A model generated the notes under the pieces. That model was not told where the DNA came from and ran no database searches. It saw nothing but the letters and a program-made list of their open reading frames with translations. 64,000 bases of DNA from Schizosaccharomyces osmophilus (Eukaryota): NCBI RefSeq assembly GCF_027921745.1, contig NC_079240.1:434001-498000 (forward strand), read 5' to 3'. Positions 37,277-48,153 of the stretch are shown here, in pieces (position 1 is the first letter of the stretch; each line of letters begins with the position of its first letter). Made by a program: the position numbers and the translations under genes.

Positions 37277-40200
37277 ATGTCAAGAGATACTCGATCGCGG
37301 TCGCCGCCAAGACGACCATCTCATAGAGATCGGTACAATTATAAAAGTTCGAAACATTACGATCGCTACGATGACCGTCGAAGATCCAATTACGGTCACC
37401 AAAGTAGATCGGAGTATCATGGATCCCACAGTTCACGTAGGAATCATAGAGAGGATAATTGGAAACATGATCGGTATAGGTACGATGATACGAATGAAAG
37501 AAGAAATGCAATTTTCCCAGCTAATAGGGGCTCCCGTTCACCACGATACAATGCTCCTCCGATTTCTGAAGATTCCTCTCGTGGACGAAACTACGCAAGT
37601 GTTCCTGAAAGAACTCCTGAGGAAAGCAAAAAAGAGGAGCAGCCTGTAAGAAGATCTCGGTTCGACCAGCCAGCCAAAACAGAACGCCCGCCGCCTCCTC
37701 CTTCAACAAGCTTAAATAATACATCTGAACGTATAGCTGTTATTGAAAAAAAACCGCATGAATCTGAAGAAACAAAAGATAAATCTGGATTTGCTTCGTC
37801 AAATCCCCCTCTTGATCCCAAAATCCAAGCACGCTTAGAAAAAGTACGTGCATGGAAGGAATCGAAAGCTGCACAATCAGCAAGTAAGATAGATTCATCT
37901 AGTGTGACCAAGCCTACTAAAAATTTAATGCATGATGATAAGAACGCTATGCCTTCTAAAGGAATCTCGGGGTTTGAATTAGGGCGTTCAAACGACAACA
38001 ACAAAGAAGCGAAAAAAATGAATCGCGTTCGTATGGATGATGAAGATGCTCCTAGACAATTGAATTTACGGGATTACGAAGACCTCTGGGACAAAGAAGA
38101 TCGTGAAGGCGTTCAGGCTAACTCAAACCCGAATGCCATGGATGAAGATGAGGTCGACCCTTTAGACGCTTATATGGAATCGCTCGTCGGTACCGTTGAC
38201 ACTGTTCGACCAGGTTTATTGAACACTGAGGTCATTGACTCTCATGCGAATGAAGAGGACCGTATAACTCAATCGGAAACTTTGGAAGAAGAAGAAAACT
38301 TACTCGCTCTTGCTGCTAAACGATCAAAGAAAAAAGATGTGATATCCGTAGACCATTCTAAAATGAGTTATGAAGATTTCCGAAAAGATTTCTATGTTGA
38401 GCCTGAAGAACTTAAACACCTTACTCCCGGAGAAGTCGACGAATTCCGTGCTTCCTTGGAAGGCATCAAAGTGCGTGGTGTAGATTGTCCTAAGCCTGTC
38501 ACTAGTTGGAGTCAGTGTGGATTGTCTTCTCAAACTATGGAAGTAATTCGAGGTCTTGGTTATGGAAATCCAACGTCAATTCAGTCTCAGGCCATTCCCG
38601 CTATCTCATCCGGAAGAGATGTTATTGGCGTAGCTAAGACGGGTAGTGGTAAAACCATTGCATTTCTCCTTCCAATGTTCCGACACATTCGGGATCAGAG
38701 GCCTTTAAGAAATGGTGAAGGCCCTATTGCCATTATCATGACTCCAACGCGCGAATTGGCTGTCCAAATTCATCGAGAGTGTAAGCCTTTTGCAAAAGCT
38801 TTAAATTTAAAAGCCGTCTGTGCATATGGAGGTGCACCCATTAAGGACCAAATTGCAGAATTGAAGCGGGGAGCTGAAATTGTTGTGTGCACGCCTGGAA
38901 GAATGATTGATGTTTTGAGCGCCAACCAGGGACGAGTGACTAATTTACATCGCTGTACTTATTTGGTTTTGGACGAAGCTGACCGCATGTTTGATTTGGG
39001 ATTTGAACCACAGGTAATGCGGATTATAAATAATGTTCGTCCTAGCCGACAGACGGTTTTGTTTTCTGCTACTTTTCCAAGAGCCATGGAAGCTTTAGCT
39101 AGAAAGGTGTTAAAGAAGCCAATAGAAATTACAGTTGGAGGAAGATCCGTCGTTGCCTCTGAGGTTGAACAGATAGTTGAAATTCGCTCTGAAGGATCAA
39201 AGTTTATGCGCCTTTTGGAACTTCTTGGTGAACTATATAATACAAAGGCTGATGTACGAACTTTGGTGTTTGTTGATAGACAAGAAGCTGCCGATACTTT
39301 GTTCTCAGACCTGATGAAGCGTGGCTATAGTAGCAGCTCAATTCATGGAGGTAAAGATCAAAATGACCGTGATTCTACGATTAGTGATTACAAAGCGGGT
39401 GTTTTTGATGTTTTAATAGCCACCAGTGTAGCTGCTCGTGGATTAGACGTGAAATCATTACAACTTGTTGTGAATTATGATTGTCCTAATCATATGGAGG
39501 ATTATGTACATCGGGTTGGCAGGACAGGCCGTGCTGGTCATACCGGTGTTGCTGTAACATTTATAACTCCGGACCAAGATAAATACGCTGTTGATGTAGC
39601 AAAAGCGCTGACTTTAAGTAAGCAGCATGTTCCAAATGAGTTACGGAAACTGGCAGACCAATTCCTGGATAAAGTCAAAGCTGGTAAAGAAAAGGCTGCT
39701 GGTGGTGGTTATGGAGGTAAAGGTCTGTCCCGCTTAGATGAAACAAGAAACGCTGAGCGTAAAATGCAACGAAAAGCCTATGGTGAAGATTATGAAGAAG
39801 AAGAACAACAACAAGTTGAAGAGAACCAAGCTCCTTTGGAGAATTTACCCGCTGAAAAGTCTACTGGTGATTTTACACTTGACAGAGTTCGAGCAGCAAT
39901 TGGTGGTATCACAGCTCGAGCATTGAGTGGTCAAAGTGCGCAAGCGAACAAGTTGTCACAACCCATCTCCATCATCAAAAGTGATACCGATGAATTTAAA
40001 GCAAAGGTAGAAATCAACGACTATCCTCAACAAGCAAGATGGGCTGTTACGAATAACGCTAATCTTGTGCATGTAACAGAATTGACTGGTACGAGTATAA
40101 CAACGAGGGGTAACTTTTATCTTCCAGGAAAGAACCCAGAGCCTGGCGAGGAGAAACTATATCTTTGGATTGAAGGGCCATCTGAATTGGTTGTTAGTCA

Positions 40201-40300
40201 AGCTGTCGCTGAGCTTAAACGCTTACTTTTGGAGGCGCTAGAACACAGCCTTGAAGGATCAAGTAGGGCAGCTCCTACCGGGCGTTATAAGGTTGTGTAA
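37277..40300 (+). CDS. prp11: Prp5/DDX46-family DEAD-box splicing helicase Prp11
   Basis: RS-rich N-terminus, [33 protein letters not shown] and C-terminal [10 protein letters not shown]. Confidence 0.95.
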   Translation: MSRDTRSRSPPRRPSHRDRYNYKSSKHYDRYDDRRRSNYGHQSRSEYHGSHSSRRNHREDNWKHDRYRYDDTNERRNAIFPANRGSRSPRYNAPPISEDSSRGRNYASVPERTPEESKKEEQPVRRSRFDQPAKTERPPPPPSTSLNNTSERIAVIEKKPHESEETKDKSGFASSNPPLDPKIQARLEKVRAWKESKAAQSASKIDSSSVTKPTKNLMHDDKNAMPSKGISGFELGRSNDNNKEAKKMNRVRMDDEDAPRQLNLRDYEDLWDKEDREGVQANSNPNAMDEDEVDPLDAYMESLVGTVDTVRPGLLNTEVIDSHANEEDRITQSETLEEEENLLALAAKRSKKKDVISVDHSKMSYEDFRKDFYVEPEELKHLTPGEVDEFRASLEGIKVRGVDCPKPVTSWSQCGLSSQTMEVIRGLGYGNPTSIQSQAIPAISSGRDVIGVAKTGSGKTIAFLLPMFRHIRDQRPLRNGEGPIAIIMTPTRELAVQIHRECKPFAKALNLKAVCAYGGAPIKDQIAELKRGAEIVVCTPGRMIDVLSANQGRVTNLHRCTYLVLDEADRMFDLGFEPQVMRIINNVRPSRQTVLFSATFPRAMEALARKVLKKPIEITVGGRSVVASEVEQIVEIRSEGSKFMRLLELLGELYNTKADVRTLVFVDRQEAADTLFSDLMKRGYSSSSIHGGKDQNDRDSTISDYKAGVFDVLIATSVAARGLDVKSLQLVVNYDCPNHMEDYVHRVGRTGRAGHTGVAVTFITPDQDKYAVDVAKALTLSKQHVPNELRKLADQFLDKVKAGKEKAAGGGYGGKGLSRLDETRNAERKMQRKAYGEDYEEEEQQQVEENQAPLENLPAEKSTGDFTLDRVRAAIGGITARALSGQSAQANKLSQPISIIKSDTDEFKAKVEINDYPQQARWAVTNNANLVHVTELTGTSITTRGNFYLPGKNPEPGEEKLYLWIEGPSELVVSQAVAELKRLLLEALEHSLEGSSRAAPTGRYKVV

Positions 40301-40890
40301 TGTACCTATATCTATTTTTGTATAGTAGTATTTTTTTTTTTTTTTTTTTTAATTTAAGTAAAAATAAAAAGGGAAGGTTCTTGAGTACGCGTTTTAACAG
40401 AAAGAAGTGTTCATTCTATATTTATGAAAGAGCTAAATTACTTGGTAACCGTTTGTGAGTGAATGTATTAATTTAATTTGCATTACAATGCTTTATGTTC
40501 ATTACAGCATACCTGAATGCATATGAGATTCTATTAACACCGACTAGCTTGAGTCAACAAACGTCATATAAAAAAACTGGAACCGATTTTATATATAGCC
40601 TCTTTACACTTTTATAGAGAGTTACGTTCCTAACCAATTTGGTGATTTTTCCATTCTGTTTGTTTATATTTACTTGCAACCGTTACTTTAGGTAATTTAT
40701 CAGAATTGTATTATATCGTGCATAATATAAACGTACAAAGAAAATAAACAGCGGATCTTAGCGATGGCGGTGCAGTTCATTTGCGTACTGTATCATATCG
40801 TTAAAGTACGCACGTAAACATTTCTACGAGTAAAAGCTTGGCGAGATTGACTATTGCCTTTACAGGGCAAAAACACAAAACAGGGCAAAA

Positions 40891-41757
40891 ATGGGACTAG
40901 AAGAAGAAACAATTGATTACTATGAACTTCTTGGGATATCAGAAGATGCACAAGACGCTGACATTAATCGTGCATGGAGGAAAACTTCTCTAAAGTACCA
41001 TCCAGACAAAAATCCAGACGATCCAAATGCTGCCGAGAAGTTCCATTTACTACAAATAGCTTACAATGCTTTAACGGATACAAAGACGCGTCAAGCTTAC
41101 GATGCTGAACGACTGGCCAAGCTTGCTCGTCAAAGACGCGAAGAAGCATTCGATCTAAATAGAAGAACAATGGCCGATAAATTAAGGGACAGGGAAAAAG
41201 GATTTTATTTTTCGGAACAGCAGAAAGATTTAGAGAATAATCGTTTGCGGGAAAAGTTGCGTTCTTTACAAGAGCAAAGTGCTAGATTACGACGAGAACG
41301 TGAAGAAAGATTATTTCAAGGTGACGATTCAAACAAAAGAAAAAGAGAAGAAAGTCCGGAGAAAACTCGGTCTATATCTGATCTTGATCGATCTGTGAAG
41401 GTCCGTTGGAAGAAAAAGTATGTCGACCAAGTCGATGAATCTTTACTACGTTCTTTCTATTCGAATTTTGGTCCAATTCACGATATAATAATTCAAAAAA
41501 CTGTTAATGATGACAAAAAATACGTTTACGCTATTCTTGTTTTTAATACCTTGGATGCCGCTTATTCTGCAGTAACAGCAGAATCCCCTTCAGTCATTAA
41601 GGATGCTCAATGGCTAAAGCCTTCAGAAGGAAAGAAAAGCGTTGAAGAAAAACAACCTAAAACATCAATGGACTACGAAGAATTAACGATGTTGCGAATG
41701 AAACAGAAGCAACGCGAAAGGGAACAGGAAATGAAAGCAACAACGGCCGAGACTTAA
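40891..41757 (+). CDS. cwf23: DnaJ + RRM spliceosome protein Cwf23
   Basis: J domain (DYYELLG...YHPDKN), RRM-like region after RSVKVRWK, and DYEELTMLRMKQ tail of the DNAJC17 family. Confidence 0.88.
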   Translation: MGLEEETIDYYELLGISEDAQDADINRAWRKTSLKYHPDKNPDDPNAAEKFHLLQIAYNALTDTKTRQAYDAERLAKLARQRREEAFDLNRRTMADKLRDREKGFYFSEQQKDLENNRLREKLRSLQEQSARLRREREERLFQGDDSNKRKREESPEKTRSISDLDRSVKVRWKKKYVDQVDESLLRSFYSNFGPIHDIIIQKTVNDDKKYVYAILVFNTLDAAYSAVTAESPSVIKDAQWLKPSEGKKSVEEKQPKTSMDYEELTMLRMKQKQREREQEMKATTAET

Positions 41758-41927
41758 TTTTTAATCAATTTTATTTTTTCTAAATAGTAAAGAAATTCTC
41801 TTATTCCCGTATCGTTTGAATGGGTAATTACGGAGCACTCTGACTGGGAGACAAAGGCGTACGGAACCTTCCACCTTACTCAAGGTAGATCTGATGGAAA
41901 AAATCGTGATTTAACCAATTTTTGCGA

Positions 41928-42500
41928 ATGAAGGTTAATGCTTTTAATTTATTATTTCATTCTTCAAAATGGATACCAAAAGGGAATCTCAATTGCTTTT
42001 CGAGGCGTATTCATGAGGTGCCATTACTAAAGCCAAGTCTTAAGTTTTACAAGCGTAAGAAAGCCAAAAAAGTGAAAAAATTACTAATTGTAAAAGAGTT
42101 ATTGAAGCAACCGCAACCAAATTTAAACGTGGATACCGATGCAAATGTTTCATTTTTAGCTGTCGAAGAAGGCCCTGCTTCCTTACGGACGTATTCAGTC
42201 GGAAACGTTAGCCACATGTATAATGGTATTCGGGTTCCTCCAAAGCCAGAGGAACCTTTGAACTGCTGTCAAAGTGGCTGTTCTATTTGTGTCTGGGATG
42301 TTTTTGCTGATGACTTGGAAGAATACAACCAAGCTCGGCGGAAGGCCAAAAGAAGTTTTCTGGAAAAGCAAATGACGCTTCCCAAAGAACTTGAAAGTGT
42401 ATCGCTTGAGGAAACAAGCTCACTCAAGGAATTGCCACCTCAGCTACAGGCATTCGTACTTTTAGAGAAACGTCTGGCACAAGAGCAAAACCAACAATGA
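41928..42500 (+). CDS. Oxidoreductase-like-domain protein (OXLD1/UPF0651-like), probably mitochondrial
   Basis: VPPKPEEPLNCCQSGCSICVWDVFADDLEEY motif; basic N-terminus with few acidic residues. Confidence 0.82.
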   Translation: MKVNAFNLLFHSSKWIPKGNLNCFSRRIHEVPLLKPSLKFYKRKKAKKVKKLLIVKELLKQPQPNLNVDTDANVSFLAVEEGPASLRTYSVGNVSHMYNGIRVPPKPEEPLNCCQSGCSICVWDVFADDLEEYNQARRKAKRSFLEKQMTLPKELESVSLEETSSLKELPPQLQAFVLLEKRLAQEQNQQ

Positions 42501-42767
42501 AACGTTGTACATGAATGTTATGAAGGATTACGATGAATAAATTTTTTCTTCTTATAAAATTGGTGATTCGCTATTCACAAATGAAAAGAGAAGTCTCAAA
42601 CTTGAAGTATCATTCCCATTCGTATATAATCAAACAAGGATTTTTTAAAATAAATTCGTTTGCTGCATTCAATGATTAAATTTTAAACAACACATGAAAA
42701 ACTGAAGTATGAGGAACAGAAAGGAATGGAAGAAAAGCTCTATACATTACTGTTTAGGAGACGTCGT

Positions 42768-43121
42768 TTATGGAATGGGATTGGGATTTTGATAGCCACC
42801 TTTTGCAAGCCATTCAAAATACATTTCGTCGTTTACCTGCTTAGACAAGTCTGCTCGAGATATATCAATTCGAAACTGAGGATTTTTTAAGAGAGTCAGC
42901 ATATGCAAGCAGGTGGGATAAATGATAAATTTGACATATTCAGGTTCCCTCCAGTATTCCAAATATTCTAGATACTGCAGGAAACTTTCGTCCTCAAAGT
43001 ATTTATGTTGAGCAAGAAAGTTTAAATACCAAGGATTCGATAACATCTGGACGAATTCCAACTCAATTTCAAACCGACCTTTCTCATCCGGTACACGAGA
43101 AAGAAGCCATTTCGAATCCAT
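42768..43121 (-). CDS. med31: Mediator subunit Med31 (Soh1)
   Basis: RFEIELEFVQMLSNPWYLNFLAQ...YLEYWREPEYVKFIIYPTCL SOH1 signature. Confidence 0.95.
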   Translation of the reverse strand: MDSKWLLSRVPDEKGRFEIELEFVQMLSNPWYLNFLAQHKYFEDESFLQYLEYLEYWREPEYVKFIIYPTCLHMLTLLKNPQFRIDISRADLSKQVNDEMYFEWLAKGGYQNPNPIP

Positions 43122-43908
43122 TGAAACAACCTGTATCTTTTAACTCTGAGCCTTTCTGCCGCAAAAATCAAGCTTCACAGATGGAACAGGCCTGCACCAT
43201 GTTTAAAGGTATATGGATCTTAAATGCACATTATGGTAGATACTTTTGTGCGCTCAGGAAATGCTCGTTATTCAATAAATAAACAAATAGCACAGAATTC
43301 AATAGAGGTTGAGTTAAAAAAGGCCCTTTAGTTATTTTTGGTGAATGGATTTTACGAGGAAAAATGAATTGAGGAATGGATCGATTACTTTTTGAGCGCT
43401 GCATCAATTGTCTGCGATGTCTAGAAATCGTTGTTTGGACTTTATGATGAAAATAAGTAAGATACTCTTTTTCTTTTTCATAAAAGTTTTAAATTGAAGA
43501 TTATATGATATAAATTTCTGATATCTCGAGGTTTGCGTTACAAAATGTTTCTAGTTAGAGGTATTCTTTTTGTTCTAATTTTATTTACTTTGTGAAGATT
43601 TATAAATAATTAAAGAGTACTTTACGAAAATAGTAATTTACCTGAATCTGTGATTAGCGACTGTTTATTACATACATAGCTGCGTCTACTCTCTGCTCGT
43701 AACTAATCACTGAGCAAAAAATAAACCGGATCCGACAACGTATGCTCTTATCCGTAAACATTATTATTTAGAAAGTTTATATTCAAAGTACTTTTCGAAT
43801 CCCAATTATCCTAATTGGAAGTAGTTTGTTGAGTTTTGTTGAATTTTCAACCATAACATCCCTTTTTATGATTGAGGGAATTAGAATCGATTATTGGATA
43901 TGTTTTTA

Positions 43909-44920
43909 ATGAAGAATATTGTTTTTGTGTACTCCGTCTTGGCATACTTTGCTCATTTTTGCTATGCGGTTTCTAGTATGTTTTGCATTGATCATGGCTC
44001 GAATTGTCTTTGGATTTAGAGCGATGAGAATTAGTAATTCTTTACTAACATGTTTTAACCACAGGCAAATCTGGAGCAGTCCCTCCGGGAGCAACCGCTA
44101 CAAAAGTATATAGAATAGCTAGTGGTACACATGTTACGGGAGTAGAAACAACGATTTTTCGACCTCACAAGACTTACAAAGGACTGCCTACAGATGCATA
44201 TTACAATTGTCATCCTCAAAAATATTATCAAAGTGATATGCCTATTTGCTTGCCTACTCCCGGTTCTCGTTGGATTAAGGGAAAGCCTCAAAGGGTGACT
44301 TGGGACCCTTTGTACTTTAAAGCAGATGAATTACGTCTCGTGTTGTCTTATCAAAATAAATCTGGGCTAATTGCTATGGAAAAAAAAATAAAAAATAAAG
44401 ACGGTATGATTTCGAGCAAACACCATTATAACGATAGGTGATTCACTAACACTACCCTTTAGGAGAGCTTAACCTGAAACCAAATGACAAATGGCTACAT
44501 GGCGACTTTCTTCAGAACCTGACTGTCAACATTATAAGCGTAGGCGAGGGAAATCCTACTTTTATATCGGGCCCTAATATCACTCTACAAAAATCTTTAG
44601 ACCCTCAGGAACAGTATGCAGAAGAACAAGAAATTTATGCACCTAAGCGTAATTTAAAAGCAGCTATTGCTGTGCCTTCTATCTTCTTGGGTATCATACT
44701 CATGATAGTATTGTATCACACATATCGGAAGGATACTTGGAAAATCTTTATTGCTAAGATGCGCTTACGAAAATCAAACGCTGGTTACGGAGTCCGTAAA
44801 AGTAGAAGACAGCGTACGCGTGGACGGCCAACTGTCAGCCTTGCTTCAAGAAGTGAACTTGTATACGACGATTCCGAAGACGAAGAGTATTTCAATTCAC
44901 AACTTAAGAAAATGTATTAA
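43909..44920 (+). CDS. Conserved fungal type-I membrane protein (Psg1/YKL077W-like), 3 exons
   Basis: ATG 43909 with signal peptide; introns 43976-44065 and 44404-44462 give a continuous frame through PICLP..WIKG..VTWDPLYF, GPNITL and a TM helix (AAIAVPSIFLGIILMIVLY), then GYGVRKSRRQR. Family assignment is from recollection. Confidence 0.75.
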
Positions 44921-45620
44921 ACTGGAAAAATTGTGTCCTCCATTAAAGTTGGATCAATGTGTACTCACGTGGGCATCACATGCAATGTCAAATGTAATTT
45001 TTCTCGGTTTTCGTTCCTGATTATGTTGTATCCGAACCTTAGAGCTAATAATGATATTCTCTCTTGTTGATTTTTCTTACACTTTGTTTATTCATGATTT
45101 GAGACAAAATATTATTCTTCAAGACCTAAAACCTACACAGCTGCCAAGGACATTTTCTGAATCCTAGTTCTGTACATGCAATGAAAAAAAAAGTGAACCA
45201 TACCGTAGGAACACTTTCAGCATAAAAAGTTACAACAAGTCTCAGTTCTTTCAAACAAAGCACTATGGAATACACTTAACATAACATTAATTAGTTGTGA
45301 TATAAGAATAATCTTATTTTTCAGGTCCTTATCACATGAGAAGAAGTCAGGACAAAGTCTTCCTTCCAAATATCATCTATGCCATAATAGAAGAACTTGA
45401 ACACTTTTTCTTCTTTAGGCTTCAAGAATCGGTAGCATTGAAATATATAAAATTGCTGGAAAGGTTTGAGTTTTTTTTAAAAAAGTTTCATTTTTGCCTA
45501 TAAACTGGATTTTAACGACTTCTTGAATACATATCCTTGGTTCCACTCCAATTATCGTACAGTACTTAACATACTAAGAAGAAGAAAAGATACGTCTTTA
45601 TTAAAAGGGTGTAAATAAAA

Positions 45621-47228
45621 ATGTCAAGATTGGGTTCTATAAAAAGAAAAGGGTCTCCAGAAGAAAGTATTCCAACCATTGATTCTCCAATTTACTTAAA
45701 TCAAATAGCGTCTTTACCACAAGAGGATAATATACATTGTCTATCCTTAAAGCAATTAATTGGAAGCCCTCAATTGAAGCAGACATGGCAGTTCAACTTT
45801 TGTGTGGACTTAAATTTTATCCTTGAAAATATTCATCCAAAAGTTTTTCGGACGGTTGATATACGAATCACTCACGGATATGACAAAAAGTCAGACAGTC
45901 TGGCGAGACTGACCGCTCAAAAGGAACATTGTCCTCTTCAAGTCCAATTGTACAGCGTGTATGTACCCATGTGGGGAACCCATCATTCCAAAATCATGGT
46001 GAATTTTTTTGAAGATGAATCATGCCAAATTGTAATTCATACAGCAAACATGGTTGAGCCCGACTGGATTGGCATGTCCCAGGCTATTTACAAAACGCCG
46101 CTGCTGTTTCCCAAGTCAGGAGGAACAACCTCGGCGCCTAGTGCTCCTAATGGTGAAGAGGGATCATCGAGAAAGAAGACGAAGAATGAGGTACAAAATG
46201 GTGTAGAAGTTGTGGATGTGGACGCTGAAACGGAAGACGAAAGTCCACTAGAAAGCGAAATGAATCAAGTTGGACAACAGTTTCAAGAAGATTTTTTAAA
46301 TTACTTAACCAACTATAATCATACAAATGAACTCATAAATAAACTAAAAAACTATGATTTCTCTAATGTTCGTGCTGTATTTATCGGGTCTGTACCTGGA
46401 AAGTTTATGGACGGCAAAGAGTCGCAATGGGGACTTGGAAGACTCAAGCATTTACTTGGAAAGGTTGAGAAAAAGGAAAAAGGAAAAGGAGAAGGATTTT
46501 TTGACACGGATATCTGTGTTTCACAATGTAGCTCCATGGGATCGTTCGGGCCGAAGCAGGACTATTTGGAAGAATTGATGGAAGCGTTTCATTGTAAGAG
46601 AAAGCAATGGAAGTTTATTTTTCCTACGGTAGGTCAAATTCAACAGTCAATGTTGGGATGGCAATCTGGGTCATCCATTCACTTTAACATATTGGGAAAG
46701 ACAAGTGTGGAGCAGGTTGAAGATTTGCGACAAAACCATAATTTGCACAAGTGGGGATCGATGAAAGCTGGAAGGGAACGAATTGCTCCACACATTAAAA
46801 CCTATCTTCGCGTAAGCGAGTCTGGTGATAGGATTCGATGGGCGCTAGTGACAAGTGCCAATTTGAGCAAACCGGCGTGGGGAACAATGGAAGGAAAGGG
46901 TGCGAAGTCAAAAACAGCTCGTGGTTTAAGGATTAAATCCTATGAGGCAGGTGTGCTATTCTTTCCTCAATTATTCGAAAACGCCGGAAGTACCCCTTCA
47001 CCAGTCTGCAGTATGGTACCGACTTACAAAACCAATTCACCAAAACCGGATATCCATTCCACAACAGAAAGTCATAATGAATCAAAATCTCAACTACAAG
47101 TCGGGTTTCGGATGTGTTGGGATTTTCCACCTAAAGAGTATGTATCTAAAGACGAGATCTGGTCTCCCGTTGTTCCACGAAAAGACAAGGATTGGCTAGG
47201 ATATACTTGGCCTCCAACTTGGGCATGA
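45621..47228 (+). CDS. tdp1: Tyrosyl-DNA phosphodiesterase Tdp1
   Basis: Two HxK motifs: WGTHHSKIM...IHTAN and APHIKTY...TSANLSKPAWG; also IKSYEAGV. Confidence 0.96.
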   Translation: MSRLGSIKRKGSPEESIPTIDSPIYLNQIASLPQEDNIHCLSLKQLIGSPQLKQTWQFNFCVDLNFILENIHPKVFRTVDIRITHGYDKKSDSLARLTAQKEHCPLQVQLYSVYVPMWGTHHSKIMVNFFEDESCQIVIHTANMVEPDWIGMSQAIYKTPLLFPKSGGTTSAPSAPNGEEGSSRKKTKNEVQNGVEVVDVDAETEDESPLESEMNQVGQQFQEDFLNYLTNYNHTNELINKLKNYDFSNVRAVFIGSVPGKFMDGKESQWGLGRLKHLLGKVEKKEKGKGEGFFDTDICVSQCSSMGSFGPKQDYLEELMEAFHCKRKQWKFIFPTVGQIQQSMLGWQSGSSIHFNILGKTSVEQVEDLRQNHNLHKWGSMKAGRERIAPHIKTYLRVSESGDRIRWALVTSANLSKPAWGTMEGKGAKSKTARGLRIKSYEAGVLFFPQLFENAGSTPSPVCSMVPTYKTNSPKPDIHSTTESHNESKSQLQVGFRMCWDFPPKEYVSKDEIWSPVVPRKDKDWLGYTWPPTWA

Positions 47229-48153
47229 TTGCAACCGATTTCACTGATTTTATAGAGGAAATATATTGTAAAGGACGAGAAATTATAGGTAGAGAAGTCG
47301 AAACAATCGAGAAGAAGGACAGATATTTATCACTAATGATTACTATTGTTTCCTAACTCGAAATTTAAAATTTTTGCTTTCTCTGACAAGCCAGTATTTT
47401 TTTTTGTTTTTTCTACCTTTTATTTTTTTCGCTTTGTTTTGTTTTCTCTGATTTCTACAGACGAGTAACAATATCCCCATTTCCTTGAGCCTACACTTTC
47501 CTTACGCCAAAGCGACTAGTGAATGACCTCTAATATGAGCTTGCCTTCTTTCCCTTTTTTTTTTTTTTTTTTTTTTTATATATATCGGTTTTAATTCATA
47601 AACAAATAAGTTTGTTTACTTTTGTGATGAAACGTTCCTCTTAGAACTGACTGGTGGTAACCGACTCGGCTCAGCAAAGCCAAATATTGAGGCTGCACAG
47701 TACGTAAGAATGATCATATGTTAAGATCAGTTGGTTCGTAAATATGAAGAATTAGTTGTTTGACGCAATCAAATCAAGCATCGAAATTGATGACTTCTAC
47801 TGGCTTCATTGACTTAAGTGTGTGAATAGACTGCATTTCATATATTGGGTGTTTACTAACTATCGTTCGTCTTTTCTGCCATTAACAAGCGTCGCAAAAA
47901 AAAGTTGTCGTTTACATTTACTACAACATTAACATTTCCTTTGTCGGTTTTTACTAGCTATAGCTATAACAAACTATTAAAAAAACGAATAAAGTGGTAC
48001 TTTTTGTTCGATACTTGAATTTACTGTTCAGGATCGGTTTCTGTCTCTACATTTCAGATCTATATTAATTCTATATACCACAATATTTATCCCCCCATTA
48101 CTTGAGTTAATTAGTGCATTGGATCTTTCAGCAAAGTTTTAAAGACCTTTGTC

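Noticed and set aside
40862..40891. 12-bp direct repeat ACAGGGCAAAAA before the cwf23 ATG
   Set aside because: Probably a small slippage duplication; the 6-nt spacer is far too short for an element with target-site duplications.
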